In this document: in pieces, positions 56,429 to 64,000 of the stretch
Numbering within the stretch: the first letter of the stretch is position 1
Layout: each line of letters starts with the position of its first letter
Notes under the pieces: generated by a model
Databases searched by the model: none
The model's input: only the letters and a program-made list of their open reading frames with translations
Told to the model about the DNA's origin: nothing
Position numbers and translations under genes: made by a program
DNA from: Bacillota bacterium
GTDB taxonomy: Bacteria > Pseudomonadota > Alphaproteobacteria > Sphingomonadales > Sphingomonadaceae
Length of the DNA stretch: 64,000 nucleotides
Assembly: GCA_050261135.1 (NCBI GenBank)
Contig: JBLNCZ010000015.1
Location: 16,941 to 80,940 of the forward strand
Reading direction: 5' to 3'

Positions 56429-57718
56429 GTGCCGAACGTGACCGTCATCGGCGCCCAGTGGGGCGACGAAGGCAAGGGCAAGATCGTCGACTGGCTGGCC
56501 AGCCGGGCGGACATGGTGGTGCGCTTCCAGGGCGGCCACAATGCAGGCCACACGCTGGTCGTCGAGGGCAAGACCTACAAGCTCTCGCTGCTTCCTTCCG
56601 GGATCGTCACCGGCACTCCCTCGGTCATCGGCAACGGCGTCGTGCTCGATCCGTGGGCGCTGAAGAACGAGATCGAGCGCATCCGCGAGCAGGGCGTCGA
56701 GGTGACGCCCGAGCTTCTGATGGTCGCCGACAATTGCCCGCTGATCCTCCCCATCCACCGTGACCTCGACGGGCTTCGCGAGGATGCGTCGGGCGCGGGC
56801 AAGATCGGCACCACGCGCCGCGGCATCGGCCCCGCCTATGAGGACAAGGTCGGGCGGCGGGCGATCCGCGTCTGCGACCTCGGCCAGCTCGGCGACCTCG
56901 ACCCCATGCTCGACCGCCTGTGCGCCCACCACGATGCGCTCCGCGCGGGCTTCGGCGAGCCGCCGGTCGATCGCGAGCGCCTCAAGAACGACCTCGCCGA
57001 GATCGCGGATTTCGTGCTGCCCTTCGCCCGCCCGATCTGGCGCGACCTCGACCAGGCGCGGCGCAAGGGCAAGCGGATCCTGTTCGAAGGAGCCCAGGGC
57101 GTTCTCCTCGATGTCGACCACGGCACCTATCCGTTCGTGACTTCGTCCAACACGGTTGCGGGAACGATCGCGTCGGGCAGCGGCACGGGGCCTTCGGCCG
57201 CCGGCTTCGTGCTCGGGATCACCAAGGCTTATACTACCCGCGTCGGCTCGGGGCCGTTCCCGACCGAGCAGGACAATGACGTCGGCAACACGCTCGGCGA
57301 GCGCGGCCGCGAGTTCGGGACCGTCACCGGCCGCAAGCGCCGCTGCGGCTGGTTCGACGCCGTGCTGGTGCGCCAGGCGGTCGCGGTCGGCGGAGTCACC
57401 GGAATTGCGCTGACCAAGCTCGACGTGCTCGACACGCTCGAGACGGTGAAGGTCTGCACCGGCTACAAGCTCGACGGGAAGAAGATCGATTACCTGCCCG
57501 CCCACGCCGCCGACCAGGCGCGGGTCGAGCCGGTCTACGAGGACATCAAGGGCTGGTGCCAGTCGACGGAAGGCGCGCGCAGCTGGGCAGACCTTCCGGC
57601 GCGCGCGATCAAATATGTCCGCCGCATCGAGGAGCTGATCCGCTGCCCCGTCGCGCTCGTCAGCACCTCGCCCGAGCGCGAGGACACGATCCTCGTGCGC
57701 GACCCGTTCGCGGGCTAG
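56429..57718 (+). CDS. purA: Adenylosuccinate synthase
   Basis: Frame of ORF 56162..57718, trimmed to GTG 56429 ([23 protein letters not shown]). GHNAGHT and [13 protein letters not shown] motifs are present. Confidence 0.96.
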   Translation: MPNVTVIGAQWGDEGKGKIVDWLASRADMVVRFQGGHNAGHTLVVEGKTYKLSLLPSGIVTGTPSVIGNGVVLDPWALKNEIERIREQGVEVTPELLMVADNCPLILPIHRDLDGLREDASGAGKIGTTRRGIGPAYEDKVGRRAIRVCDLGQLGDLDPMLDRLCAHHDALRAGFGEPPVDRERLKNDLAEIADFVLPFARPIWRDLDQARRKGKRILFEGAQGVLLDVDHGTYPFVTSSNTVAGTIASGSGTGPSAAGFVLGITKAYTTRVGSGPFPTEQDNDVGNTLGERGREFGTVTGRKRRCGWFDAVLVRQAVAVGGVTGIALTKLDVLDTLETVKVCTGYKLDGKKIDYLPAHAADQARVEPVYEDIKGWCQSTEGARSWADLPARAIKYVRRIEELIRCPVALVSTSPEREDTILVRDPFAG

Positions 57719-57984
57719 TGCCTCACCTCGAAGCGCTCCAAATTCTCGGTCGCAGCGTCGCTCATCTCCAGATCCGTCACCTTTGCGTGCGCTGGCCCGT
57801 GGCGCATGCGCCGCACCAGTTCGCTCACGGCCTCGTCGTCGCCCTCGAGATGCGCCTCGACCGCGCCGTCCGCACAGTTGCGCACCCAGCCCTTCACCCC
57901 AAGCGACCGCGCCTCGTCCCTCGTCCACGCGCGGAAGAACACGCCCTGCACCCGACCCGTCACCCGGACGCGCCGCGCGATCAT
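57715..57984 (-). CDS. acyP: Acylphosphatase
   Basis: ORF 57715..57984. [20 protein letters not shown]...GWVRN is the acylphosphatase signature. Its ATG shares one nucleotide with the fabI stop. Confidence 0.9.
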   Translation of the reverse strand: MIARRVRVTGRVQGVFFRAWTRDEARSLGVKGWVRNCADGAVEAHLEGDDEAVSELVRRMRHGPAHAKVTDLEMSDAATENLERFEVRH

Positions 57985-58787
57985 CAGACGGTGCTGATAT
58001 CCGGCGCGTCCTCGGCCTTCATGCCGACGACGTTGTAGCCGGCGTCGACGTGGTGGATCTCGCCGGTGACTCCGGATGCGAGATCGCTCAGCAGGTAGAG
58101 GCCCGCGCCCCCGACGTCCTCGATGGTGACGTTGCGGCGGAGCGGGGAATTATATTCGTTCCACTTCATGATGTAGCGGAAGTCGCCGATCCCGCTCGCC
58201 GCCAGCGTCTTGATCGGCCCCGCCGAGATCGCGTTGACGCGGATTTTCTCGGGGCCGAGGTCCATCGCCAGATATTTGACGCTGGTGTCGAGGGCGGCCT
58301 TGGCGACGCCCATCACATTGTAATGCGGGATGACCTTCTCTGCGCCGTAATAAGTGAGCGTCAGGAGCGAGCCGCCGTTGGGCATCAGCGCCTTCGCCCG
58401 CTGCGCGACCGCGACGAAGCTGTAGACCGAAATGTTCATCGTCATCAGGAAATTGTCCATCGACGTGTCGACGAACTTTCCCCTCAGCTCGTTCTTGTCG
58501 GAATAGCCGATGGCGTGGACGACGAAGTCGATCGTCTCCCAGCGCTTGCGGATCTCGTCGAAGGTCGCGTCCAGCGCGTCCATGCTGCTGACGTCGCAAT
58601 CGACCAGCATCTCCGACCCGAGCTCCGCGGCCAGCGGCCGCACCCGCTTCTCGAGCGATTCGCCCTGGTAGGAGAAGGCCAGCTCCGCTCCCTCGGCGGC
58701 GACCGCGCGCGCAATGCCCCATGCAAGCGAGCGGTCGTTGGCAAGGCCCATGATCAACCCCCGCTTGCCCTGCATCAGTCCAGTCAA
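57984..58787 (-). CDS. fabI: Enoyl-[acyl-carrier-protein] reductase (NADH) FabI
   Basis: Frame of ORF 57984..59453. Contains GKRGLIMGLANDRSLAWGIA, YYGAEKVIPHYNVMGVAKAALD and NAISAGPIKTLA. Start is TTG 58787, overlapping the upstream stop (TTGA); the alternative is ATG 58775. Confidence 0.94.
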   Translation of the reverse strand: MTGLMQGKRGLIMGLANDRSLAWGIARAVAAEGAELAFSYQGESLEKRVRPLAAELGSEMLVDCDVSSMDALDATFDEIRKRWETIDFVVHAIGYSDKNELRGKFVDTSMDNFLMTMNISVYSFVAVAQRAKALMPNGGSLLTLTYYGAEKVIPHYNVMGVAKAALDTSVKYLAMDLGPEKIRVNAISAGPIKTLAASGIGDFRYIMKWNEYNSPLRRNVTIEDVGGAGLYLLSDLASGVTGEIHHVDAGYNVVGMKAEDAPDISTV

Positions 58788-59818
58788 AGTTGCGGCCCCT
58801 CTCTCTGCAACACCGGTTGTACGTCCTCTCCGGGCTGCGGCTCCTCGACCTCGAGCTCGTCGCTGTACGGCCCGGTATAGACCTCGCCCTTTAGCGCCGT
58901 GGCGCCGCTTTCCGCCAGCGCCGCGTTCAACTCTGCTCCTATGACGACGCCGAGCCCGACGACGAAGAAGAAAATGAGCGCGATCATCACTCCGGCGAGG
59001 CTGCCGTAGGTGCGCGTATAGCCGCCGAAGAGGCTGAGGACGGGCGCAAGCAGCTCCACCGTGCCCAGCCACCAGAGAGTGATCAGGGCGGCGCCCGGCC
59101 ATTTGCGGCAATCGCGCTTGCGGTAGCGCGCGGGGGTCAGCGCGAAGAACAGGAGGTAGAAGGTGAAGAAGAGGGTCGCCGCGGGAACGAACCTGTAGAG
59201 GCCGAGCGCGTGGCCGACGTTCTGCGCCAGCGGGAACCATTCGACGATGAAATGATGCGCGATCGTCATTGCCGCGCTGACCGCGAAGGCAATCATCAGC
59301 AGCAGCACCGCGCCGAGGATGAGCAGGATCGAGCCCAGGCGATATTCCCAGAAGGGCGCGCAATATTTGACGCCATAGGCACGGCGCAGGATGTCGCGGA
59401 TCGTCTCGACGAAGCTCGTCGCCGTCCACAGCCCGACGATCGCGCCGAGCCACAGGAGCGTGCCGGTGCGGACGGTCAGCACTTCAAGCACCGGCTCGCG
59501 CAGCGTCGCCGCAACGTCGGGGGGAAGCCGGCGAAGCACGTTCGTCACCGTCAGCATCGCGTCCTGGCTCTGCCCGAGCAGGTGCGCGACGGCCGCCGCG
59601 ACGATGAAGAAGGGGAACAAGGCGACGATCGAGAGATAGGCGAGATTGCCGGCGTGGATGAAGCCGTCGTTATAGACGCCGATCGCCACACGTTTGACCA
59701 CTTCCCACGGCGTCAGCCGCGGCTTCAGCTTCTCCTCGACCTCCGTTCCGAAGGCCGCGCGCATCGTCGCGAGGCGCTTGCGCCGTTCCTCGGGCGAGAG
59801 CGGAGAATGATCTCTCAT
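58784..59818 (-). CDS. YihY/BrkB-family inner membrane protein
   Basis: ORF 58784..59818. Contains HAGNLAYLSIVALFPFFIV, six TM segments and GSLAGVMIALIFFFVVGLGVVIGAELNAAL. Confidence 0.85.
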   Translation of the reverse strand: MRDHSPLSPEERRKRLATMRAAFGTEVEEKLKPRLTPWEVVKRVAIGVYNDGFIHAGNLAYLSIVALFPFFIVAAAVAHLLGQSQDAMLTVTNVLRRLPPDVAATLREPVLEVLTVRTGTLLWLGAIVGLWTATSFVETIRDILRRAYGVKYCAPFWEYRLGSILLILGAVLLLMIAFAVSAAMTIAHHFIVEWFPLAQNVGHALGLYRFVPAATLFFTFYLLFFALTPARYRKRDCRKWPGAALITLWWLGTVELLAPVLSLFGGYTRTYGSLAGVMIALIFFFVVGLGVVIGAELNAALAESGATALKGEVYTGPYSDELEVEEPQPGEDVQPVLQREGPQL

Positions 59819-59831
59819 CGGCCGCGGCTAG

Positions 59832-60800
59832 TTACACACCCAGGCTTGCTCGGGGATTGCCGGCGCCGCTCCATCCCTCGGCGAATTGCTGCAGCGCGGC
59901 GTCGTGGCCGGGGATTTCGATCTCGACGGTCACCAGCTGGTCGCCGCGCTTCCCGTCCTTCGCCGTGAAGCCGCGGCCCTTCAGGCGAAGCACCTTGCCC
60001 GAGCTCGTGCCCTTGGGGATGGTCAGCATCACCGGGCCTTCCGGCGTCGGCACCTTCACCTTCGCGCCGAGCACGGCTTCCTTCAGCGTCACCGGCAGCG
60101 TCAGGCGGATGTTGGTTCCGTCGCGCGTGAAGAAGCGGTGCGGCGCGATCTCGATGGTGACGATCGCGTCGCCGCGGCCGCCGGCGCCTTCCTGGCCCTT
60201 CCCGGCGAGGCGGATCTTGGTCCCGTCCTCCAGCCCCTGCGGAAGCTTGAGGTCGATGGTCTTTCCGTCGGCGAGCGTGATCCGCTGCGGCTTCAACGCC
60301 ACCGCGTCGTCGAACGAGACCTTGAGCCGGTAAGCGACGTCGGCCCCTTTCTGCGGCGCCGCCCGCTGGCGGAAGCCGCCGAACGGCCCGCCGCCCCGGC
60401 CGCCGCGCGCTGCTCCCGCAGCGCCGAACAGGCCTTCGAAGAGGTCGCTCAAGTCCGCGGCGTCGGCCCCGCCGAAGTTGAAATGCTCGAACCCCTCGGG
60501 TCCGGCGCCGGCGCCCGGCCGCGCGCCTCCCGCCGACGAATAGCCGCCAAAGCCGCCGCCGAACGGCATCTTGGGATTGCCTTCCTCGTCGATCTCTCCG
60601 CGATCGTAGCGGGCGCGCTTGTCCTTGTCGGAGAGGAGATCATAGGCCGCGGTCACTTCGGCGAAGCGCTTCGCGGCGTCGGGCTTGTCCTTGTTGCGGT
60701 CGGGGTGAAGCTGCTTAGCGAGGCTGCGGTAGGCCTTCTTGATCTCCGCCTCGCTCGCGCCGCGCTTCAGCCCCAAGCGTTGGTAGAGGTCGAGTGCCAT
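59832..60800 (-). CDS. DnaJ-class co-chaperone without a zinc finger (CbpA-like)
   Basis: Frame of ORF 59832..61187, trimmed to ATG 60800. J domain DLYQRLGLKRGASEAEIKKAYRSLAKQLHPDRN, a Gly/Phe-rich linker and two DnaJ C-terminal beta domains. No CxxCxGxG repeats. Confidence 0.9.
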   Translation of the reverse strand: MALDLYQRLGLKRGASEAEIKKAYRSLAKQLHPDRNKDKPDAAKRFAEVTAAYDLLSDKDKRARYDRGEIDEEGNPKMPFGGGFGGYSSAGGARPGAGAGPEGFEHFNFGGADAADLSDLFEGLFGAAGAARGGRGGGPFGGFRQRAAPQKGADVAYRLKVSFDDAVALKPQRITLADGKTIDLKLPQGLEDGTKIRLAGKGQEGAGGRGDAIVTIEIAPHRFFTRDGTNIRLTLPVTLKEAVLGAKVKVPTPEGPVMLTIPKGTSSGKVLRLKGRGFTAKDGKRGDQLVTVEIEIPGHDAALQQFAEGWSGAGNPRASLGV

Positions 60801-60880
60801 TCTGCTCCCATGCCGTAACAGTTCCTGCCTGACCAGATGGGTTGCCGTTCCGGCAAGGCCAAGCCTAAGGCCAACGCGCA

Positions 60881-61459
60881 ATGGGGACCGATCCGTTCCG
60901 GCTGTTCGACGAATGGTTCGCGCTGGCGCGCGAAAGCGAGCCCAACGATGCCAATGCGATGGCGCTTGCGACCGCCGGCGCGGACGGGCAGCCGCATGTC
61001 CGCATGGTGCTCCTGAAGGGTCACGGACCGGACGGTTTCGTCTTCTACACGAACGAGCAGAGCGCCAAGGGTGAGCAGCTGCGCGAAAATGCGCGAGCCG
61101 CCCTGCTCTTCCACTGGAAGAGCCTGCGCCGGCAGGTCCGCATCGAAGGCGCGGTCGAGCGCGTAAGCGGCAGCGAAGCGGACGCATATTTCGCCACGCG
61201 CTCGCGGGATTCGCAGCTCGGCGCCTGGGCGTCCGACCAGTCGCGCCGGCTCGACAGCCGCGCCACCTTCGAGCAGCGGTTCGAGGAGATGAAGTCCCGC
61301 TTTGAAGGCGCCGACGTCCCGCGCCCGCCGCACTGGGGCGGCTATCGCGTGATGCCCCGGACGATCGAGTTCTGGACCGACCGGCCGCACCGCCTCCACG
61401 AGCGGAGGCTGTTCACGCGCGCCGCCGGCGGCTGGGCCGAAGGGCTGCTCTACCCGTGA
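60881..61459 (+). CDS. pdxH: Pyridoxamine 5'-phosphate oxidase
   Basis: ORF 60881..61459. Contains [37 protein letters not shown] and [17 protein letters not shown]. Confidence 0.95.
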   Translation: MGTDPFRLFDEWFALARESEPNDANAMALATAGADGQPHVRMVLLKGHGPDGFVFYTNEQSAKGEQLRENARAALLFHWKSLRRQVRIEGAVERVSGSEADAYFATRSRDSQLGAWASDQSRRLDSRATFEQRFEEMKSRFEGADVPRPPHWGGYRVMPRTIEFWTDRPHRLHERRLFTRAAGGWAEGLLYP

Positions 61460-62394
61460 CCGAGCAGCCCATCTCGAGCGCGGAACGCGGCAGGCTGACC
61501 ACCCGCGCCGCGCTTGCCAGCATTGCGATGGCGGTGACTCTCATCGCGCTCAAGACCTATGCCGCCGTGCAGACCTCTTCGATGGCGATGCTCGGCTCGC
61601 TGGCCGACAGCAGCCTCGACCTCGTCGCCAGCCTCATCGTCCTCCTCGGCGTGCGCATCGCGGCGGCACCGGCCGACTATGAGCACCGCTTCGGGCACGG
61701 CAAGGCGGAGGCGCTGGCCGCGCTGGTGCAGGTGATCCTCATCACCTTGTCCGCCCTCTTCATCGGCTTCCGCGCAGTCGAGCGGCTGCTGAGCGGCGCG
61801 CAGACCGCGGATGCCGAGCTGGGCATCGGCGTTTCGGTGGTGGCGATGGTGCTCACCGTCGCGCTCATCAGCTACCAGCGCCATGTCGTGCGGCGCACCG
61901 GGTCGCTCGCGATCGGCACCGACCGGCTCCATTATTCGTCGGACCTGCTGCTCAACGGCTCGGTGATCGTGGCGCTCGGCCTCGACCAATATGCGCGCCT
62001 CACCGGCGCCGACGCCGTGTTCGGGCTGCTCATTGCCTTGTGGCTGCTGTGGGGCGCGTGGAGCGCGTCGGGCAACGCCCTTGCGCAGCTGATGGACCGG
62101 GAATGGCCCGACGAGCTGCGCGAGCGCTTTCTCGCCGCGGCGAAGGAATATCCGGAGCTTGCCGGCCTTCACGACCTGCGCACCCGCAGCAGCGGCACGC
62201 ACATGTTCGCGCAGTTCCACGTCTGGGTGCCCGCGGACTGGACGGTCAAGGAAGCGCACGACCGCCTCGATGCGGTCGAGGAAGCGCTGCAGGAGCGCTT
62301 CCCGGGCACCGAGATCCTGATCCACGTCGATCCCGAGGGGCAGACCGACCGTGAAACCCTGCTGCCCCGGGAAATTACGGAGCGCGCGAGTTGA
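61456..62394 (+). CDS. Cation diffusion facilitator family transporter (FieF-like)
   Basis: ORF 61456..62394, with GTG overlapping the pdxH stop (GTGA). Six TM segments, [23 protein letters not shown] and a C-terminal cytoplasmic domain [18 protein letters not shown]. Confidence 0.9.
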   Translation: MTEQPISSAERGRLTTRAALASIAMAVTLIALKTYAAVQTSSMAMLGSLADSSLDLVASLIVLLGVRIAAAPADYEHRFGHGKAEALAALVQVILITLSALFIGFRAVERLLSGAQTADAELGIGVSVVAMVLTVALISYQRHVVRRTGSLAIGTDRLHYSSDLLLNGSVIVALGLDQYARLTGADAVFGLLIALWLLWGAWSASGNALAQLMDREWPDELRERFLAAAKEYPELAGLHDLRTRSSGTHMFAQFHVWVPADWTVKEAHDRLDAVEEALQERFPGTEILIHVDPEGQTDRETLLPREITERAS

Positions 62395-63170
62395 CGACCA
62401 TCCCCTTCTTCCAGGTCGACGCCTTCGCCGAGCGGCCGCTGACCGGCAATCCGGCCGCGGTCATGCCGCTCGAGCGCTGGCTTGACGATGCCTTGATGCA
62501 GCGCATCGCCGCGGAGAATAACCTCAGCGAGACGGCGTTCACGGTCCCGAGCGAGAAGGACGGCGCGGACTATGACCTTCGCTGGTTCACCCCGACGGTC
62601 GAAGTCAATCTGTGCGGCCACGCGACGCTCGCGGCGGCCCATGTGCTGATCCATTCGGAGCCGGTGCGCTTCTCGACGCGGTCGGGGATCCTTGCCGTCA
62701 GCCGCAACGGCGACCTGCTCGAGCTCGACATGCCCGCCGCAAGGGTCGAGCCTGAACCCCTTCCAGAGCTGCTCGAGGCGCTCGGCACGAGCGGCGAGAC
62801 CTTCCTCGGCCGGCAGGGGAACGGCAATTCTATCGTGCTTCTCGAGAATGAAGCGGCGGTGCGGGCGGTAAGGCCCGACTTCGCGGCGCTTGCGAAGCTC
62901 CCCTACCTGGTGTCGGTCACGGCGCCGGGCGACGAGCATGACGTCGCTAGCCGCGTCTTCGCGGCCCACCACGGGGTGCCCGAGGATCCGGTGACCGGCT
63001 CCGCGCACACCGCGCTCGTGCCCTTCTGGGCCGAGCGCCTCGGCCGCTCCGAGTTCACCGCGCTCCAGGCAAGCGAGCGCACCGGGCTTCTCCACTGCCG
63101 CCTCACCGGAGAGCGGGTGATCCTCGGCGGCCATTGCCAGACGGTCATCGTTGGGCAGTTCCAGCTGTGA
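62391..63170 (+). CDS. PhzF-family isomerase-like protein
   Basis: ORF 62391..63170, with TTG overlapping the upstream stop (TTGA). Contains FQVDAFAERPLTGNPAAV, SETAF, FTPTVEVNLCGHATLA and EDPVTGSAH. Confidence 0.9.
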   Translation: MTTIPFFQVDAFAERPLTGNPAAVMPLERWLDDALMQRIAAENNLSETAFTVPSEKDGADYDLRWFTPTVEVNLCGHATLAAAHVLIHSEPVRFSTRSGILAVSRNGDLLELDMPAARVEPEPLPELLEALGTSGETFLGRQGNGNSIVLLENEAAVRAVRPDFAALAKLPYLVSVTAPGDEHDVASRVFAAHHGVPEDPVTGSAHTALVPFWAERLGRSEFTALQASERTGLLHCRLTGERVILGGHCQTVIVGQFQL

Positions 63171-63616
63171 GCCTGATCGCCTTCCTTGCGCTCGCCGCAG
63201 CAAGCCCGCAGGCCGAGAAGGCGGCAATCCTCGATGTCATCCACCGCATGGAGGCGGCGTGGAACCGCGGCGATTTCCGCGGCTACATGGCGGGCTTCAA
63301 GAACCCCGACGTGGTGTTCGTCTCCGGCGGCAAGTTCCAGCAGGGCTGGCAGGGCACGCTCGACCATTACATCCGCGACTATGGCGGCTCGCCCGAACGC
63401 CGCGGCCAGCTCCACTTCTACAATATGAAGGTCGACCTGCTCGCGCCCGACGCCGCGATGCTGGTCGGCCAGTACCGCCTCGTCCGCGGCGCGCGCGTCA
63501 CCGAGGGCGTGAACACGCGGCTGTTCAAGAAATTCCACGGCCGCTGGCTCATCACGATGAACCACGTCTCGGCATATGACGTGACGCCTACCGAGACCGC
63601 GCCAGAAGCTCGCTGA
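63167..63616 (+). CDS. Exported SnoaL-like / DUF4440-type (NTF2 fold) protein
   Basis: ORF 63134..63616 trimmed to GTG 63167, overlapping the phzF-like stop (GTGA). Signal peptide SLIAFLALAAASPQA. Contains ILDVIHRMEAAWNRGDFRGYMAGF...GRWLITMNHVS. Confidence 0.7.
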   Translation: MSLIAFLALAAASPQAEKAAILDVIHRMEAAWNRGDFRGYMAGFKNPDVVFVSGGKFQQGWQGTLDHYIRDYGGSPERRGQLHFYNMKVDLLAPDAAMLVGQYRLVRGARVTEGVNTRLFKKFHGRWLITMNHVSAYDVTPTETAPEAR

Positions 63617-64000
63617 GGTCCTTCTTCCAGAACTTCGCCCATGTGTGGGTGCCGTGCCCGTGCGTGTCGCTGCTCTCCGGGATCAGACGGAACCGGGCAT
63701 TCCTCATCCGTTTCACCGCCTGCTGCGGCACCGGCAGGTTGCGCGGGTTGATGAAGTCGTCGGCCGAATTGATCCACGTCAGGGGCGCCGTGATCTTCTC
63801 GAGCTGCGGCCAGGGATTGTAGTTCCGCGAGCTGTCGAACTGGTAGATCATGTCGTTGGCGTCGAGGACCGGCAGCGCCTTGTCGACGCTCTGCTCGACG
63901 AAGGCCCTGGCGGCGTCGCGGGTCGGATATTGCTTCTGCAGGTAGAGCGGCGCGCCGCCGGCGATGAACAGGATCGATTCGGCCGTGCGCAGCCCCGCAG
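63588..64000 (-). CDS. Alpha/beta-hydrolase-fold protein, 5'-truncated by the window edge (C-terminal part only)
   Basis: ORF 63588..63851 continues open in the same frame to position 64000. Reads ...LYLQKQYPTRDAARAFVEQSVDKALPVLDANDMIYQFDSSRNYNPWPQLEKITAPLTWINSADDFINP...SSDTHGHGTH, a typical C-terminal Asp/His region of an alpha/beta hydrolase. Confidence 0.55.
   Translation of the reverse strand, partial: AGLRTAESILFIAGGAPLYLQKQYPTRDAARAFVEQSVDKALPVLDANDMIYQFDSSRNYNPWPQLEKITAPLTWINSADDFINPRNLPVPQQAVKRMRNARFRLIPESSDTHGHGTHTWAKFWKKDLSELLARSR

Noticed and set aside
1-64000. Search by eye for tRNA or rRNA genes, transposase, integrase or phage genes, toxin-antitoxin pairs and known defence-system genes
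   Set aside because: None was recognised. The intergenic regions are short and show no cloverleaf-like or IS-end structures. The only mobile-looking DNA is the small palindromic repeat family. A proper tRNA, ncRNA and HMM scan is still needed.

Overview
High-GC chromosomal segment (roughly two-thirds G+C by eye, not computed). Its proteins and gene order look like a Sphingomonadales-type alphaproteobacterium; this is inference, since no database search was possible.

Positions 1-16.9 kb (minus strand) hold a complete dcw cell-wall/cell-division cluster: mraZ-rsmH-ftsL-ftsI-murE-murF-mraY-murD-ftsW-murG-murC-murB-ddl-ftsQ-ftsA (ftsA cut by the window edge). Almost every gene junction there is a 4-nt start/stop overlap.

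The rest is mostly housekeeping: purL, bfd-bfr, a yfgM-like gene with bamB-der, panB, guaA, rplQ, xthA, erpA, serC-serA, purA, acyP, fabI and a pdxH-CDF-phzF operon.

Small accessory-looking pockets are interspersed:
- An Rrf2 regulator, two tiny Lys-rich secreted proteins, an OmpR-type two-component system and an Arg/Asp-rich hydrophilin (31-35 kb).
- An L,D-transpeptidase, a membrane protein, an M28 peptidase and an exported HExxH protein chained to guaA (35-39 kb).
- A Gly/Tyr-rich secreted protein and a frameshifted, internally duplicated RTX gene (41-44 kb).
- A desaturase, a methyltransferase and a GNAT gene (45-48 kb).
- A LysR regulator flanked by inverted copies of one 21-bp motif, plus nrtS and an 11-mer-repeat lipoprotein (54-56 kb).

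I found no tRNA or rRNA genes, CRISPR arrays, transposases, integrases or recognisable defence or toxin-antitoxin modules.

The most unusual observations read directly from the sequence are:
- GC-rich nested-palindrome (REP/MITE-like) elements embedded in essential dcw genes, in frame inside murD and forming the murC-stop/murB-start junction.
- A low-GC, rare-codon patch inside murD.
- Five 10-bp-phased TGGGA-type direct repeats upstream of mraZ.

I do not see a convincing new multi-gene system, so candidates carry only moderate interest. Functional calls rest on motif recognition by eye. Many long ORFs in the supplied track are antisense or out-of-frame artefacts typical of high-GC DNA.
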